DNA from: an uncultured Planctomycetota bacterium
GTDB taxonomy: Bacteria; Planctomycetota; Planctomycetia; Isosphaerales; Isosphaeraceae
Assembly (NCBI GenBank): GCA_963737655.1
Contig: CAVTTN010000002.1
Coordinates: 3,040,001 to 3,104,000 of the forward strand
Direction of reading: 5' to 3'
DNA length: 64,000 nt
The notes under the pieces are model-generated. The model did not search any database. It was given only the letters and a program-made list of their open reading frames with translations, and was not told the DNA's origin. Made by a program: the position numbers and the translations under genes. The first letter of the stretch is position 1. Every line of letters begins with the position of its first letter. This document shows positions 1 through 10,723 of this stretch, piece after piece.

Positions 1-613
1 CGGCCTCGGCGCCCTGATCCGGGAACGAGGCGCCGAGGGGCTGATCGCCGTCGGCTCCAAGGACCGCGCGTTTCATCTCGCCGCGTCGCTCCGGCCGGTC
101 CAGGAACTTCTCGCGCAAGCCGTCCACCACGAGTACCACCGCCACCAGGGCGGCCCGTCGAGCCCCTCCGGGAGCTGAGAAACCGGCCGTTCGCTTCTGG
201 GAAGACCTCGACGAGGACTATCGCGAAGCCAGTCGAGCCCAGGCGCGCGACATCGCCCGGAAGCTCGGCCTGATCGGTCTCCGCGCCGTCACGTCTCCCG
301 AGGGTTTTTTCCCCCTCCATCAGTTTCGGGAGGACGAGATCGAACGCCTCGCTCGAGATGAGCACGATCGCTGGTGCCAGGAGCGGAGGAGCCGGGGCTG
401 GACCTACGGCGAAATTCGCGACAACCGAAAGAAGCTCCACCCCAACCTGCTCCCCTGGGACGATCCCCGCATCACCGAGCCCGTGAAGGAGATCGACCGC
501 AACGCGATCCGTCGCCTCCCGGCGATCCTCGCCCGAGCGGATTACCAGATCGTGCGGATCGGCCCCGCGCCCGGCCCGACGAGCCTGGGGCGTTCGAGTC
601 TCGGGAGAAATGA
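1..613 (+). CDS. RyR (ryanodine receptor repeat) domain protein, 3' part, apparent frameshift near 150
   Basis: Manual translation: frame 2 ...LLAQAVHHEYHRHQ joins frame 3 PAVRFWEDLDEDYREASRAQARDIARKL...LARDEHDRWCQERRSRGWTYGEIRDNRKKLHPNLLPWDD, the typical EHxRW/GWxYG/HPxLxPW RyR signature. The 3' end is uncertain: frame 3 runs on antisense to the next gene and the nearest TGA (611-613) is in another frame. Confidence 0.7.
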
Positions 614-638
614 GATCGGTTTGGTGGGGTTGCATCGA

Positions 639-1910
639 TCACCCGCCTCGCGTCAGGTCGAGAAAGACGATCGAGGAAGGATTTCCGACCGGTGTATAGC
701 TCCCGGTGAATTTCAGGTGGCCGGTTGTGCGATCCACGAGAAAACTCGTGATGTTGTCTCCTCTCTGATTGCAGCAGAAGAGGAATCGTCCGGACGGATC
801 GAACGAGAAGCTCCGCGGATAATCGCCCCGGGTCCATTCCTCGCCGGCGAATGTCAACTCGCCGTCGGGGCCGATGGAGAAGAAGGAAATGCTGTCATGG
901 AGCCGATTCCCCGCGTACACGAATCGTCCGTCGGGGGAGACCAGGACCTCCGAGCAGAAGTTACTGCCCTGGAAGCCCGGGGGGAGGCTGGAGATCGTCC
1001 GCCGATGCGTGAGGCGCCCCGTCGCGGCCTCGAAATCGAAGAGGGCGATGGTCGAGGCTTCCTCCTGGATCGAATAGAACCAACGGCCGTTGGGGTGAAA
1101 GTGAAAATGTCTGGGCCCGTCGCCGGGAGGGAGGGTCACCTGGGGCGTTCCCGCCGGTTTCAGGAGGCCGGCTCGCTCGTCGAACCTCCAGACGAAGAGA
1201 CGGTCGAGCCCCAGGTCCGCATGGATCGCGAAACGGCCGGAGGGGTCGGCCTGGATCATGTGAGCGTGCGTTCGGTCGTGGCCGCTGAACGCGAAGCTGC
1301 CCGGCGGGGCCCCCGACGCTCGCGCGGGGCCGATCTCGCCGACATCGTGCTTGACGTCGGTGGGATCGCCCAGGCGGCCGTCGGGCCGGACGGGCAAAAC
1401 GGCGACGGAGCCGCCGAAATAGTTCGCCACGAGGACGAACCGACCCGAGGAGTGGACGGACACGTAAGTTGGGCCGGCGCCCCCGGAGCGAACCGAGTTG
1501 AGCGGCGTCAAGCGGCCATTCACCCGATCGATGGCGAAGGCTCCGACCGTGCCCTCCGCATCGTCGCCAACCCGATCGGTCTCATTGGCCGAATAGAGGC
1601 GCGTCCCCTCGGGATTCAGGGCGAGGCAGCTTGGGCTGGTGCCCATCTCGAGGACGCCGGAGGCCGTCATCGCCCCGGTTGAACGATCGACCCGAAAGAG
1701 ATGGATGCCGCGTCCGTTGCCGGGGGGCAGGTCCACCTGGGTCCGGGGAACGTCTCGGAGAGGCGAGCTGAAGGTTCCGACGTAGGCGACCCACGGCGGA
1801 CCGTTCTCGTCCGCTCCGGCGGGGAGCCCGGGATCGACCAGCGGGGCCGTCGCCGCCAGCGCGGTGGAGGCCCGAAGAAACGAGCGACGCGACCGGTCCG
1901 ATGAAGTCAT
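639..1910 (-). CDS. Lactonase family beta-propeller (6-phosphogluconolactonase/YbhE-like), Tat-exported
   Basis: SRRSFLR Tat motif; AYVGT, LVANYFGGSV, HAHMI, GDGPRHFHFHPNG, GDYPRSF motifs. Confidence 0.9.
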   Translation of the reverse strand: MTSSDRSRRSFLRASTALAATAPLVDPGLPAGADENGPPWVAYVGTFSSPLRDVPRTQVDLPPGNGRGIHLFRVDRSTGAMTASGVLEMGTSPSCLALNPEGTRLYSANETDRVGDDAEGTVGAFAIDRVNGRLTPLNSVRSGGAGPTYVSVHSSGRFVLVANYFGGSVAVLPVRPDGRLGDPTDVKHDVGEIGPARASGAPPGSFAFSGHDRTHAHMIQADPSGRFAIHADLGLDRLFVWRFDERAGLLKPAGTPQVTLPPGDGPRHFHFHPNGRWFYSIQEEASTIALFDFEAATGRLTHRRTISSLPPGFQGSNFCSEVLVSPDGRFVYAGNRLHDSISFFSIGPDGELTFAGEEWTRGDYPRSFSFDPSGRFLFCCNQRGDNITSFLVDRTTGHLKFTGSYTPVGNPSSIVFLDLTRGG

Positions 1911-2034
1911 GGGGATCGGTGTTCCTTGGAAGAGCGGGAATCCGACGGACCGAGCCTCATGATAATCGATCGGTTCGGGGCGTGCGTGAGGGGGTCGGCC
2001 GACCGAGGAGAGGGCGGCGATTGCTCCAACGACG

Positions 2035-2074
2035 CGGGGCCCCTCGGCAGCCGATGCGGCGCCGAGGGGCCCCG
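2035..2074. repeat. GC-rich inverted repeat (14-bp stem) downstream of the TPR gene
   Basis: cggggcccctcggc-12 nt-gccgaggggccccg; no clear U-tract. Confidence 0.6.
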
Positions 2075-2107
2075 GGAAAGAGCGATCTGGCGGAGGGACG
2101 CCCCGGC

Positions 2108-3961
2108 CTAGCGGGCGAAGTTCAGGCCCGGATCTTGCGCGGGAGAGCTGACGAGGCGGAAGTTGAAGTGGTCCGCGTCCTTCCAGGCGAGGTTGCCGGC
2201 GAGTGCGCCGTCCTGCCCGGTCTTGGCGGCGAGGGAGAGGACGCCGTCGGTGAGCGACGACGAGCCGGCGATGGTCGAGGCCGGCTTGCCCGGCCCGGCC
2301 GCGGTCCAGGTGAAGCCGCCGTCATCGCCAATCACCAGGGTGATCTTGGCTCCCGGGACCGGCTGGGCGGTCCAGGTCCCCGCCAGCTTGCCCTCGGGGC
2401 CCGGAGCGGCGGCCGAAGCCGGCGCGGAGGCGGGCTCGGGCGATCCGGCCGGGTGGTACTGCGCGACGAGCTGGGCCGAGAGGGTGTCTCCGGGCTGGAG
2501 CTTCGTGATCTCGCGGAACTGGCGGACGGCGTTCTCGTCCTGGCCCTCGCACAGGTAGATGTAACCGAGGACGAACCGGGCCGGCGCGGAGTTGCGATTG
2601 GCGCCGACATAGGCCTCCAGCTGGCGGAGCTGGGTGGTGAACGTGGCCACGTCGGGGTACATGCCGCTGAGGGTCGTCCAGTCCCAGCCGGGCCCGACCG
2701 ACAGGACCGCGTAGAGCGGGGCGGCGGCCTGCTCATACTTGCCCTGGGCGAAGAGGGTCAGCGCGAGGAACTGATGGGCGGTCGGATCGTTGGGAGACTG
2801 GGCCAGGGCCTGCTGATCGAGCGTGAGGGCCTGGTCGTAGTTGCCCGCCATGAACGCCTGGCGGGCCCCGTCGAAGGCGGAAGCGGCGGAATCGGCCGCG
2901 GCCGGTTCGGGGGGAGGCGCCGTGGTGCTGATCGGCTGCGAGTAATTCGAGGCCTGGGCCGGCGCGTCGCCTTGCTGGGGAGCGTTCGCATTGACCTGGG
3001 CGTTGCCGCCACCGCCACCGCCGCCGCCGCCGCCAGGATATCCGCCCGAATAGGGGTTGCTGTAGTTCGAGTAGCCCCAGCCGTATTGAGGAGAGCCGGT
3101 GCCCCAGGCCCCGACCCCGCCGTAACCCATCGGGTAACCGCCCATCCCCCACGCACCGGAGTTGTTGTTCCAGGAGTTGGCGCCCACGGAGGCGCCGAGG
3201 GCCGCGGCTCCGAGGTTCGAATAGTTGTTGTTGCGATTCGCGTAATTCGCCCCGGCGGCGGCCCCAACGGCCCCGGCGCCGTTGTTCGGAAGGTAGCCGT
3301 TGTTGCGATTTGAGTAGCCCGCGCCCGCCGCCGCTCCGACGGCCCCGGCGCCGTTGTTCGGCAGGGTCGAATTGTTGCGGTTGGCGTAGCCCGCGCCCGC
3401 GGCGGCGGCGCCGTTGTTCGGGAGCGTCGAGTTGTTGCGGTTGGCGTACCCGGCGCCCGCGGCGGCTGCCCCGTTGTTGGGCAAAGTGGAGCTATTCCGG
3501 TTTTCATAGCCGGCGCCGGCGGCGGCGGCCCCATTATTGGGGAGGGTCGATTTGTTGTTCTTGTTCTCGTAGCCGGCGCCGGCTGCGGCGGCCCCATTAT
3601 TGGGGAGGGTCGATTTGTTGTTCTTGTTGGATGCCCCCGCGCCGGCGGCCGCCGCCCCTGCGTTGGGATAGCTGGAGCCGTTGCGGCTGCCTCCGCTCCC
3701 GCCGGACGGGTACTGCCTCTGGCCCGAGGAGCCGCCCGCCGACGGCGGGCGGGGCTGGCTGAACGACGGCGAGTGTCCCATCGACGAGCCTCCCATCTGT
3801 CCCCCGCCGTAGCCCCCGCGCTCGCCTCCGCCGCCGCCTCGCTCGCCGCCTCCTCCGCTGTATCCGCCGCGACCGCCACCGCGACCCGCCAGGACGTCTC
3901 CGGGGTAGGCCGCCAGCGTTGCGGCGAGGACCAGGGCCGATCTCCACAGATTGCGATTCAT
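2108..3961 (-). CDS. Secreted TPR protein with Gly-rich and Asn/Ala-rich tandem-repeat N-terminus
   Basis: Signal peptide, RGG/Gly-rich region, about 8 LPNNGAAAAGAGYxNRNN repeats, TPR helices (AFDGARQAFMAGNYDQAL, HQFLALTLFAQGKYEQAA). Confidence 0.8.
   Translation of the reverse strand: MNRNLWRSALVLAATLAAYPGDVLAGRGGGRGGYSGGGGERGGGGGERGGYGGGQMGGSSMGHSPSFSQPRPPSAGGSSGQRQYPSGGSGGSRNGSSYPNAGAAAAGAGASNKNNKSTLPNNGAAAAGAGYENKNNKSTLPNNGAAAAGAGYENRNSSTLPNNGAAAAGAGYANRNNSTLPNNGAAAAGAGYANRNNSTLPNNGAGAVGAAAGAGYSNRNNGYLPNNGAGAVGAAAGANYANRNNNYSNLGAAALGASVGANSWNNNSGAWGMGGYPMGYGGVGAWGTGSPQYGWGYSNYSNPYSGGYPGGGGGGGGGGNAQVNANAPQQGDAPAQASNYSQPISTTAPPPEPAAADSAASAFDGARQAFMAGNYDQALTLDQQALAQSPNDPTAHQFLALTLFAQGKYEQAAAPLYAVLSVGPGWDWTTLSGMYPDVATFTTQLRQLEAYVGANRNSAPARFVLGYIYLCEGQDENAVRQFREITKLQPGDTLSAQLVAQYHPAGSPEPASAPASAAAPGPEGKLAGTWTAQPVPGAKITLVIGDDGGFTWTAAGPGKPASTIAGSSSLTDGVLSLAAKTGQDGALAGNLAWKDADHFNFRLVSSPAQDPGLNFAR
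3170..3672 (-). repeat. Intragenic tandem repeat, about 8 units of 60-72 bp
   Basis: Repeated units encoding STLPNNGAAAAGAGY(A/E)N(R/K)NN. Confidence 0.85.
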
Positions 3962-4012
3962 GATGCGAATCCTCGATGAGGGAAGTTCGTTGGGGAATGA
4001 CTCGGCCGGGAG

Positions 4013-4963
4013 TTACTTCCCGGCCTCGGGCGCCTTGCGGACGATCGTGAACTCGTCGATCCCCGGGATCGCGGCACCTCCCAGGGTCCGATCCAGCGAC
4101 TGCCAGCTCGCGCGATCCTTGCCCAGCTTCGTGATGATGTTGGTGGCCGAGGCGTGAAGGCCGTCCTGCCGGACCCCCTCCGCCTTGATCACCCAGCGGT
4201 CGCCGTCCCGGGTCCAGTATCCCTCGCCGAACCCGCCCTCGGAGTCGAAGATCCACATCTTGAACTGGCTGCGGACCGGGTCCCAGCCGATCCTCTGCGT
4301 TCCCGAGAGGACCGCCTCGCCCTTGGTCTTCATCGTGAACTCACGGACCAGGAAGTTTCCGTCGGCGGTCCACTTGCACGTGGTCTGCACCAGCGCGTCC
4401 TGACTCTCGTTGATCCAGTCGCCGACCATCCATTCCAACGCCTTGAGCCGGTCGTGGGCGGTGAGTTCCTTGGAGGTCTCGTCGCGGACTGCGGATTGGA
4501 GCCAATGTCCCCGAATTTTCACGTAGATGGCCGTGAATCGAGTGATCTCGGGGGCACCCTTGCCTTCCTCGGGCTTGATCGTGGCTCGGCCCTCTTCCAG
4601 GGCCGTCTCCGGGCCGAGGAAACGGAAGGATTCGACCCGGAGCTCGATCTTGTGGCCGGGATTCTCGGCGAAGCTCGCGGCGTATTGCTCCTGGATCGCG
4701 GCGCGGCCTTCGATCCGTTCACCCTCTTCGCCAACGACGATCGCGGTTTCCGTGTAGGTCGCGGCGGCGGCGGCGGCGTCTCCCGCGTTGAAGGCTCGCG
4801 TGAACTCGTCGCGAAGGGCGTGGATGGCCTTCGCGTCCTCGCTCCGGTCCTCGGCCGCGGGCTTCGATGCCGGGGTCGAGGGGGCGGGCCTGGTTTCCTG
4901 GGCGATCAGGTCGTCGCCGATCGCGAAGGTCGCGACGGCAAGCATCAAGGAGACCTTCATCAT
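4013..4963 (-). CDS. Secreted NTF2-like protein (SgcJ/EcaC/DUF4440 type)
   Basis: Signal peptide; AFNAGDAAAAAATYTETA...GRAAI SnoaL-like domain; LEWMVGDW and QRIGWDP second domain. Confidence 0.8.
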   Translation of the reverse strand: MMKVSLMLAVATFAIGDDLIAQETRPAPSTPASKPAAEDRSEDAKAIHALRDEFTRAFNAGDAAAAAATYTETAIVVGEEGERIEGRAAIQEQYAASFAENPGHKIELRVESFRFLGPETALEEGRATIKPEEGKGAPEITRFTAIYVKIRGHWLQSAVRDETSKELTAHDRLKALEWMVGDWINESQDALVQTTCKWTADGNFLVREFTMKTKGEAVLSGTQRIGWDPVRSQFKMWIFDSEGGFGEGYWTRDGDRWVIKAEGVRQDGLHASATNIITKLGKDRASWQSLDRTLGGAAIPGIDEFTIVRKAPEAGK

Positions 4964-5583
4964 CGGCGTCTTCCCTCATCCAAGAGGGACGGTCCGTCTC
5001 CGGGTCAGCCCTCGTTCGTCGCGAGGAGAGATCCTGACCTTGAGGCGGAGCGTCTGGGGATGTCAAGTAGGGCGTGGGGCGATCGGCCCGGGGTGATCGA
5101 CTCAGCGAGAACCTTGTTCAGGACGAACCGCCCCAGGGGGGTAGGGAATCGGCTTCGATGTCCCATGCAAGTAGGGCAAATTATCGTCCCGCAGCAACAT
5201 GAATGCAAGAGGGCGGCGGACCCGATTCCCGCGGAGGGTACAGTGCCGATCCCCGCTCGACTCGCCGCAAACCGGGGATGGGCCGTGGGGGGCTTTCCCG
5301 GCGCCGGCCTCCCTTCCATGAGTGGCTCCGCCCGACGAGAAAAGGAACAGTCCCCGGAGAACGAGCGGGCCGGGTCATGCAGAATCGGGCCGATCCTGAT
5401 ACAGTCGTGGAGAGAAGGGCCGAGGCTCGCCCGGCCGCGAAGGGTTCACGGATAACCCCCCGGACGAGATCCGTCGGCTCGGCCGGGCACTGCGGAGTCC
5501 TGCCGCCGTCCGCTCGGGCCGTGTCGTGTCGTCGGGAAACCGACTCGGGGAGGCCGCTGCAGATGATCGGGAATCCCAGGCCG

Positions 5584-8421
5584 ATGCGCTATGCGGTCGC
5601 CACTCTTGCCGTGGCGCTGGCGATCGGCCCGTTGTTCCTGCCGGGTCTCGGGCAGGGTATGGGGGGTGTCTTGCTGTTCGGCGTCCTGATCGCCGCCTGG
5701 TACGGTGGGCTGGGCCCGGGGATCTGGGCCAGCCTCCTGGTCCCGGCGATCCTCGTCGCGTTCTTCCGTGCGGCCGGCGTGACGATCCCGACCTGGCAGA
5801 TCTGGTCCTTCGGCATCTTCGTGGCCCTGGGCGGGCTGATCTCGGTGATTTTCGAGTCCCTCCATGCGGCCCAGAGGCGGTCCGAGGCGAACCGAAGGTG
5901 GCTCTCGGCGGTCCTGACCAGCATCGGCGACGCCGTGATCGCCACCGATCGCCGAGGGGCCGTCGTCTTCATGAACCCGGTCGCCCAGGCCCTGACCGGC
6001 TGGGACCCGGAGGAGGCGTCCGGCCGCCCTCTGCCCGAGGTCTTCCGACTCCTGTCCGAGGACACCAAGGAACCCGTCGAGGACCCGGTCGGGCGCGTCC
6101 TCCGCGACGGCGCGATCGTGGGCCTCGGCAACCATGCCCTCCTGATCGGCCGGGACGGATCGGAACATCCGGTCGCCGATCGGGCGGCGCCGATCCGAGG
6201 CGCCTCGACCGACATCTCGGGCGCCGTCCTCGTCTTCCGCGACGTGGCGGAGCAGAAGCAGGCCGAACGGCGAGTCGCCCTCCTGGCCGAGGCCGGGCGT
6301 CTCCTGGGCTCCTCCCTGGAAGAAGAGACGATCCTGCGGAGCGTGCACGATCTCGTCGTCGCGACCTTCGCGGACCGCTGCGCCCTGACGATCCAGGACG
6401 AGCGAGGTGCCCTCCGTCACCTGGCCGACACTCCAGGCGATTCCCACGAGCCGAAGTCGTGCCGCGATCTCTCCTGGCAGGCTCCCCCGGCCGAGGCCGA
6501 CGACCTGGGCTTGCGGCAAGTCCTCCTGGGCGGCGAGCCGGTCTTGCTCGCGGATTCTTCCGAGTTGGCCCCGGGCCAGTCGAGGCCGAGGATCGCGCCC
6601 GCCGGAGGTTCCGTCCTGATCCTCCCCATAAACGCCCGGGGCCGGACGATTGGGGCCATGACGCTCCTCAACAACCGCCCTTCCCGACCATTCGAGAAGG
6701 AAGACCTGCGGGTCGCCCTGGACCTGGCGTCCCGGATCGGCCTGGCCATCGAGAACGCCCGGCTTTTCTCGGAACGTGAGCAAGCGGCACGGAAGCGGGA
6801 GGAAGCCCTGTCCCTCCACCGGAGCGTGGAGGAGCAATTGACCGTGCTCGTCGAGGCCTCGGGCAGCCTGAGCGCCTCGCTCGACCCGCCCTCGGTCCTC
6901 TCCGCGGTCCTCGCCCTGTCGCGGAGGCTGATCGACTCGGACGCCCACGCGATCTGGCGACAGGATACCGCGACGGGCTCCTGGGGGATCGGCCACAGCT
7001 CGGGCCTTTCCGAGGAGTATCGCGAATCGACGATCCGCAGGCTCCGGGACGTGGCCAGGATGCCCGAAGTCCCGATCGTCGCCGATGACGTCATGGATGT
7101 TCCCCTGCTCGGGGCTCGGGAGCACGCGTACCGCAAGGAGGGGATCTGTTCCCTGCTCGCCGTCCCCTTGAGGGTCCGGGACCGGAACAGCGGGACCCTG
7201 GTGTTCTATTACCGAACGCCTCATCGCTTCACGGAGGTTGAAGTCCGGGTGGCCACGGCGCTCTCGAACATCTCGGCCGCCGCGATCGGGACGTCGGAGC
7301 TTTACGAGGAGCTGAAGGACCATGATCGCCGCAAGGACGAGTTCCTCGCGATGCTGGCCCACGAGCTCCGAAATCCTCTGGCCGCGGTGAGCAACGCGGT
7401 CTCCGTCCTCCGGAGCCCCGGCGACACCGAGGGCCGCGCCTGGGCGAGCGAGGTCATCGCCCGGCAGGTTCGGCATCTCACCCGATTGATCGACGACTTG
7501 CTGGACGTGTCGCGGATCACTCGGGGCAAGATCCGCCTCCGCCGGGGTTTCGTCGATGCCTCGTCGATCCTCGATCAGGCCGTGGAGACCGTCCGTCCCC
7601 TGATGGAGGAACGGATGCACTCGCTGCTGATCTCGATCGAGAGGGGGCGCTCCCGCTCTGGGTCGATTCGGCCAGGCTCGAACAGATCGTCGTCAACCTG
7701 CTGACCAATGCGGCGAAATACACCGATTCCGGAGGGCGAATCTGGCTGATCGCCGGACGAGAAGGCGAGCACGTGGCCATCACCGTCCGCGACACGGGCA
7801 TCGGCATCCCTCCGGAAAAGCTCCCCGAAATGTTCCAGCTTTTCGCGCAGGGGGAGCGCTCCATCGCTCGCTCGGAGGGAGGGGCTCGGGATCGGCCTGA
7901 CGGTCGTGCAGATGCTCGCCGAAATGCACGGGGGGAGCGTCTCGGCGACGAGCCGAGGACCGGGCGAGGGAAGCGAGTTTACCGTCCGGCTGCCGATCGC
8001 CCGGGAGGCGGAATCGGAGAGTTCGGAGGCCCCGAGCCCGCCGAACCGATCGGGTCGGTGTTCGCGGATCCTGGTCGTCGATGACAGCATCGACACGGCC
8101 CGGGGCATGGTCCGCCTCCTCAAGCTCCTCGGGCACGAGGTCGCGGTGGCCCACGACGGCCCCTCGGCCGTCGAGTTGGCCCGAGGGTTCGGCCCCGCGT
8201 TCATCCTTCTCGATATCGGCCTACCCGGGATGAATGGATACGAGGTGGCCGAGACGCTTCGACGCGACCCCGGCTCGAAGGACGCCATCATCATCGGAGT
8301 CTCGGGCTATGGCCGGGATGAGGACCGTCGGCGATCGGAGGCCGCCGGCTTCAATCACCACCTGGTCAAGCCGGTCGATTTCGACGCGCTCGTCTCGCTC
8401 CTGGCCGCGAGCATCGGCTAG
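5584..8421 (+). CDS. Membrane PAS/GAF/GAF hybrid histidine kinase-receiver, two compensating frameshifts (about 7645 and 7882)
   Basis: N-terminal TM segments, PAS (SIGDAVIATD, MNPVAQALTGW), two GAF domains, H-box LAHELRNPL. Frame 3 carries EQIVVNLLTNAAKYT and DTGIGIP, then frame 1 resumes with GLGIGL...MHGG and the receiver (LVVDD, LLDIGLPGMNG, KPVD). Both shifts lie in G runs. Confidence 0.9.
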
Positions 8422-8521
8422 GAGACGCCCCTTGACGTGAGCCGCATCGGCTCCCTAATCGGAGCAACCGGATCGTGTACCGAATCCCATTCCAAAGTCA
8501 GCTTCGATGGACGCAAGTCAG

Positions 8522-8594
8522 TGGAGCGGAAGGGGATCGAACCCTCAACCTCAGCATTGCGAACGCTGCGCTCTCCCAATTGAGCTACCGCCCC
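8522..8594 (-). tRNA. tRNA-Ala (anticodon CGC), CCA not encoded
   Basis: Reverse complement GGGGCGGTAGCTCAATTGGGAGAGCGCAGCGTTCGCAATGCTGAGGTTGAGGGTTCGATCCCCTTCCGCTCCA; cloverleaf, G3:U70 Ala identity pair, TTCGA T-loop. Confidence 0.97.
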
Positions 8595-8609
8595 AACGAG
8601 GGTCCATGC

Positions 8610-8638
8610 AGCATAACGGCCCGCCGAGGGCGATTCAA
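8610..8638 (-). promoter_or_regulatory. Sigma70-like promoter for tRNA-Ala
   Basis: TTGAAT-17 nt-TATGCT, 15 nt upstream of the tRNA 5' end. Confidence 0.7.
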
Positions 8639-8764
8639 GACGCACTGACCCAGATTGCTGGCCTGTCGGGCGGTGATGAACCCCGGAAGGGTCCCGCCTC
8701 GTGGCGGTTTCGAGCCGTGGTTTCGAAGATCATCCACAGCATTTAGGCTGGCCTCGCTCCCGAG

Positions 8765-9925
8765 GTGGCCGATTCCTCCTTCGATGGGCCCTCGATGACG
8801 CTGACCGTCTGCATCCTGACTCGAAACGACGAGGCCACGCTGGGCCGGGCCGTGGAATCGGTCCTCGGAGTGGCCGATCAGGTCGTGGTGGCCGATACCG
8901 GCTCGACCGACCGGACTTCGGCCGAGGCCGCCCGCGGAGGGGCCGATTTCGTCGAAATCCCCTGGGACGACGACTTCTCCGAGGGTCGGAATCGCGCCAT
9001 CGCCCGGGCCCGCGGGGACTGGATTCTGTGGCTGAACCCGGATGAGGAGTGGCTCGCGCCGGACCGGCCGACCCTGGATCGCCAGACGGCCGATCCGTCG
9101 GTCTTCGGTCGGCTCGCGACGATCCGCAACGTCTTCGAGTCGCGATCGCCGGATCAGTTCAGCGAGACTTTGGATCTTCGTCTCTTCCGCAACCGGCCAG
9201 ACCTCCGTTTCGAGGGCCGATTGTATCCCAGGCTGGCCGAGGAGGTTGTGGAGACGGTCCGGCGAGCGAGCCAGACGGTTTCCCCCGGCGAGCCGGGCCT
9301 CACGATCCGATCGTGGTCGCCCGCTCTGGAGACTTCCGAAGAAAAGCTGCGATGGACGACTCGCCTCCTGAGCAGGGAACTCCGCGACCGACCCGGCCGT
9401 CTGCCTTACTTGATCGAATATGGCCGGGCCTTGCTCTTGCTGAACGACCCGAACGGCCACCTGGTCTTCGGCGAGGCCGCCGAGCAGGTGGCCTTGAGGT
9501 CGGCCGACCCTCAACCGCCCTCGTCCAAGGTCCAGATGCTCCTGGAATACCTCATCGAGGCGCCGCCGGGCCTCGTCCGAGGTCCGATGACCCGGGAACA
9601 GGCGATTCGGATGGTCGTTCGATGGTTCCCGAATAGCCCGGGACCGCTCTGGACGCTCGCCGGTTGGCACTACCGTCGGGGGGAGTATCGCGAGGCGGGT
9701 GGCCCCCTCGAACGTCTCGTCGAACTCGGGGCCACCGGGGCGTACGACCGATCTCGGCCGTTCAACCCGGCCATCGTCGGCGGTCAGGCGGCGTTGAACC
9801 TGGCCTCCTGCTATGCCCGGCTCGGCCGTCCCGACGACGCCGAGGCCCTGTTGCGTCAGCTCCTCGTCATTCCCGAGTACTCGGCCGTCGCCGCGAAAAA
9901 TCTCGGGCTCCTCGGCCGGCCCTGA
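8765..9925 (+). CDS. Glycosyltransferase family 2 with C-terminal TPR-like helices (start may be ATG 8795)
   Basis: LTVCILTRND, VVADTGSTDRT, WDDDFSEGRN, DWILWLNPDE. Confidence 0.85.
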   Translation: MADSSFDGPSMTLTVCILTRNDEATLGRAVESVLGVADQVVVADTGSTDRTSAEAARGGADFVEIPWDDDFSEGRNRAIARARGDWILWLNPDEEWLAPDRPTLDRQTADPSVFGRLATIRNVFESRSPDQFSETLDLRLFRNRPDLRFEGRLYPRLAEEVVETVRRASQTVSPGEPGLTIRSWSPALETSEEKLRWTTRLLSRELRDRPGRLPYLIEYGRALLLLNDPNGHLVFGEAAEQVALRSADPQPPSSKVQMLLEYLIEAPPGLVRGPMTREQAIRMVVRWFPNSPGPLWTLAGWHYRRGEYREAGGPLERLVELGATGAYDRSRPFNPAIVGGQAALNLASCYARLGRPDDAEALLRQLLVIPEYSAVAAKNLGLLGRP

Positions 9926-10437
9926 TCGGACCCCGGACGAATCTCGCCGGTCGGGACCTCGGGGCGACTCGGCCGGGAAGAGGCGGACCCCGGATTTCGC
10001 CGGGCCCCCCGTCCCGTCCACGCCTGGGCGACGGGATTGCGACGGCCGATGACTCTCGGCCTCGGCGCTTGCCGTGACGGAGCAGGGCTTTTCCCGGGCC
10101 CTTTCGCGGATGGAATCGGTTTCTCGGCGGGAAGCCCGCGATCGTCATAACTCGATGCCCCACGTCGAGATCTCGACGTGGTCGTCGGCTGCCACCTGAC
10201 GCATCGAGGCGCCTCGGGCGTGCTCCGCGATCGGCACGGGAAGGTTTGCGCCGGCCCCCGGACCCGACCGTCTCTCAGGCGGACGGGGAACCCGGGGCGA
10301 ACCGGCGCGCCTACCGCGATCCAGACATTGTCAAGGGATTCGTGACCGCGAATCGGGCGCACCGTGAGGGATGATTGGGTGTCAAATTAGGTGTTTTGGA
10401 AATTCTGGGATATTTTATTGAACCATGGGGAAAAGTC

Positions 10438-10466
10438 TTGACTGAGAGGATTAGGCGGATTATACG
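10438..10466 (+). promoter_or_regulatory. Candidate sigma70 promoter in AT-rich region upstream of the adhesin
   Basis: TTGACT-17 nt-TATACG within an AT-rich patch (about 10375-10500). Confidence 0.4.
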
Positions 10467-10723
10467 TTACAGCCATCTTGTGATGAATTCACAAGAGCGG
10501 AACGAAGTGTTCGAAACCGATCGGGGAAGATCGGTGGGGCGGCGGGGCATGGTGGCCCCTGGATGGGCATCCCTCGCGATCGTCGGGGTCGGGGTGTAGG
10601 CCGTCGGTCGAGCCAGCCGGAATCAGGCGCGGGTGTCGCGCTTGGGTCGCTTGCGCGCGCTGCCAGGGCTGTTTGACCAGGCCGGGGCGAAGTCGCTGAT
10701 CTCTCTACATTGAGGTGCTACCA

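Noticed and set aside
483..1682. 399-aa plus-strand ORF
   Set aside because: Only the first 30 or so residues belong to the RyR protein; the rest is antisense to the lactonase.
3170..3672. Regularly spaced repeats as a CRISPR array
   Set aside because: Units are in-frame coding repeats without unique spacers, and no cas genes are present.
8421..8600. tRNA-Ala as an integration site or genomic island boundary
   Set aside because: No integrase, no duplicated tRNA 3' end noticed in the window, and no obvious compositional shift.
10180..10260. Possible c-di-GMP-I riboswitch (GCGCAAAC...TGGCAGCCG on the minus strand)
   Set aside because: P1/P2 pairing and the GAAA tetraloop are not supported, and it points away from the adhesin.
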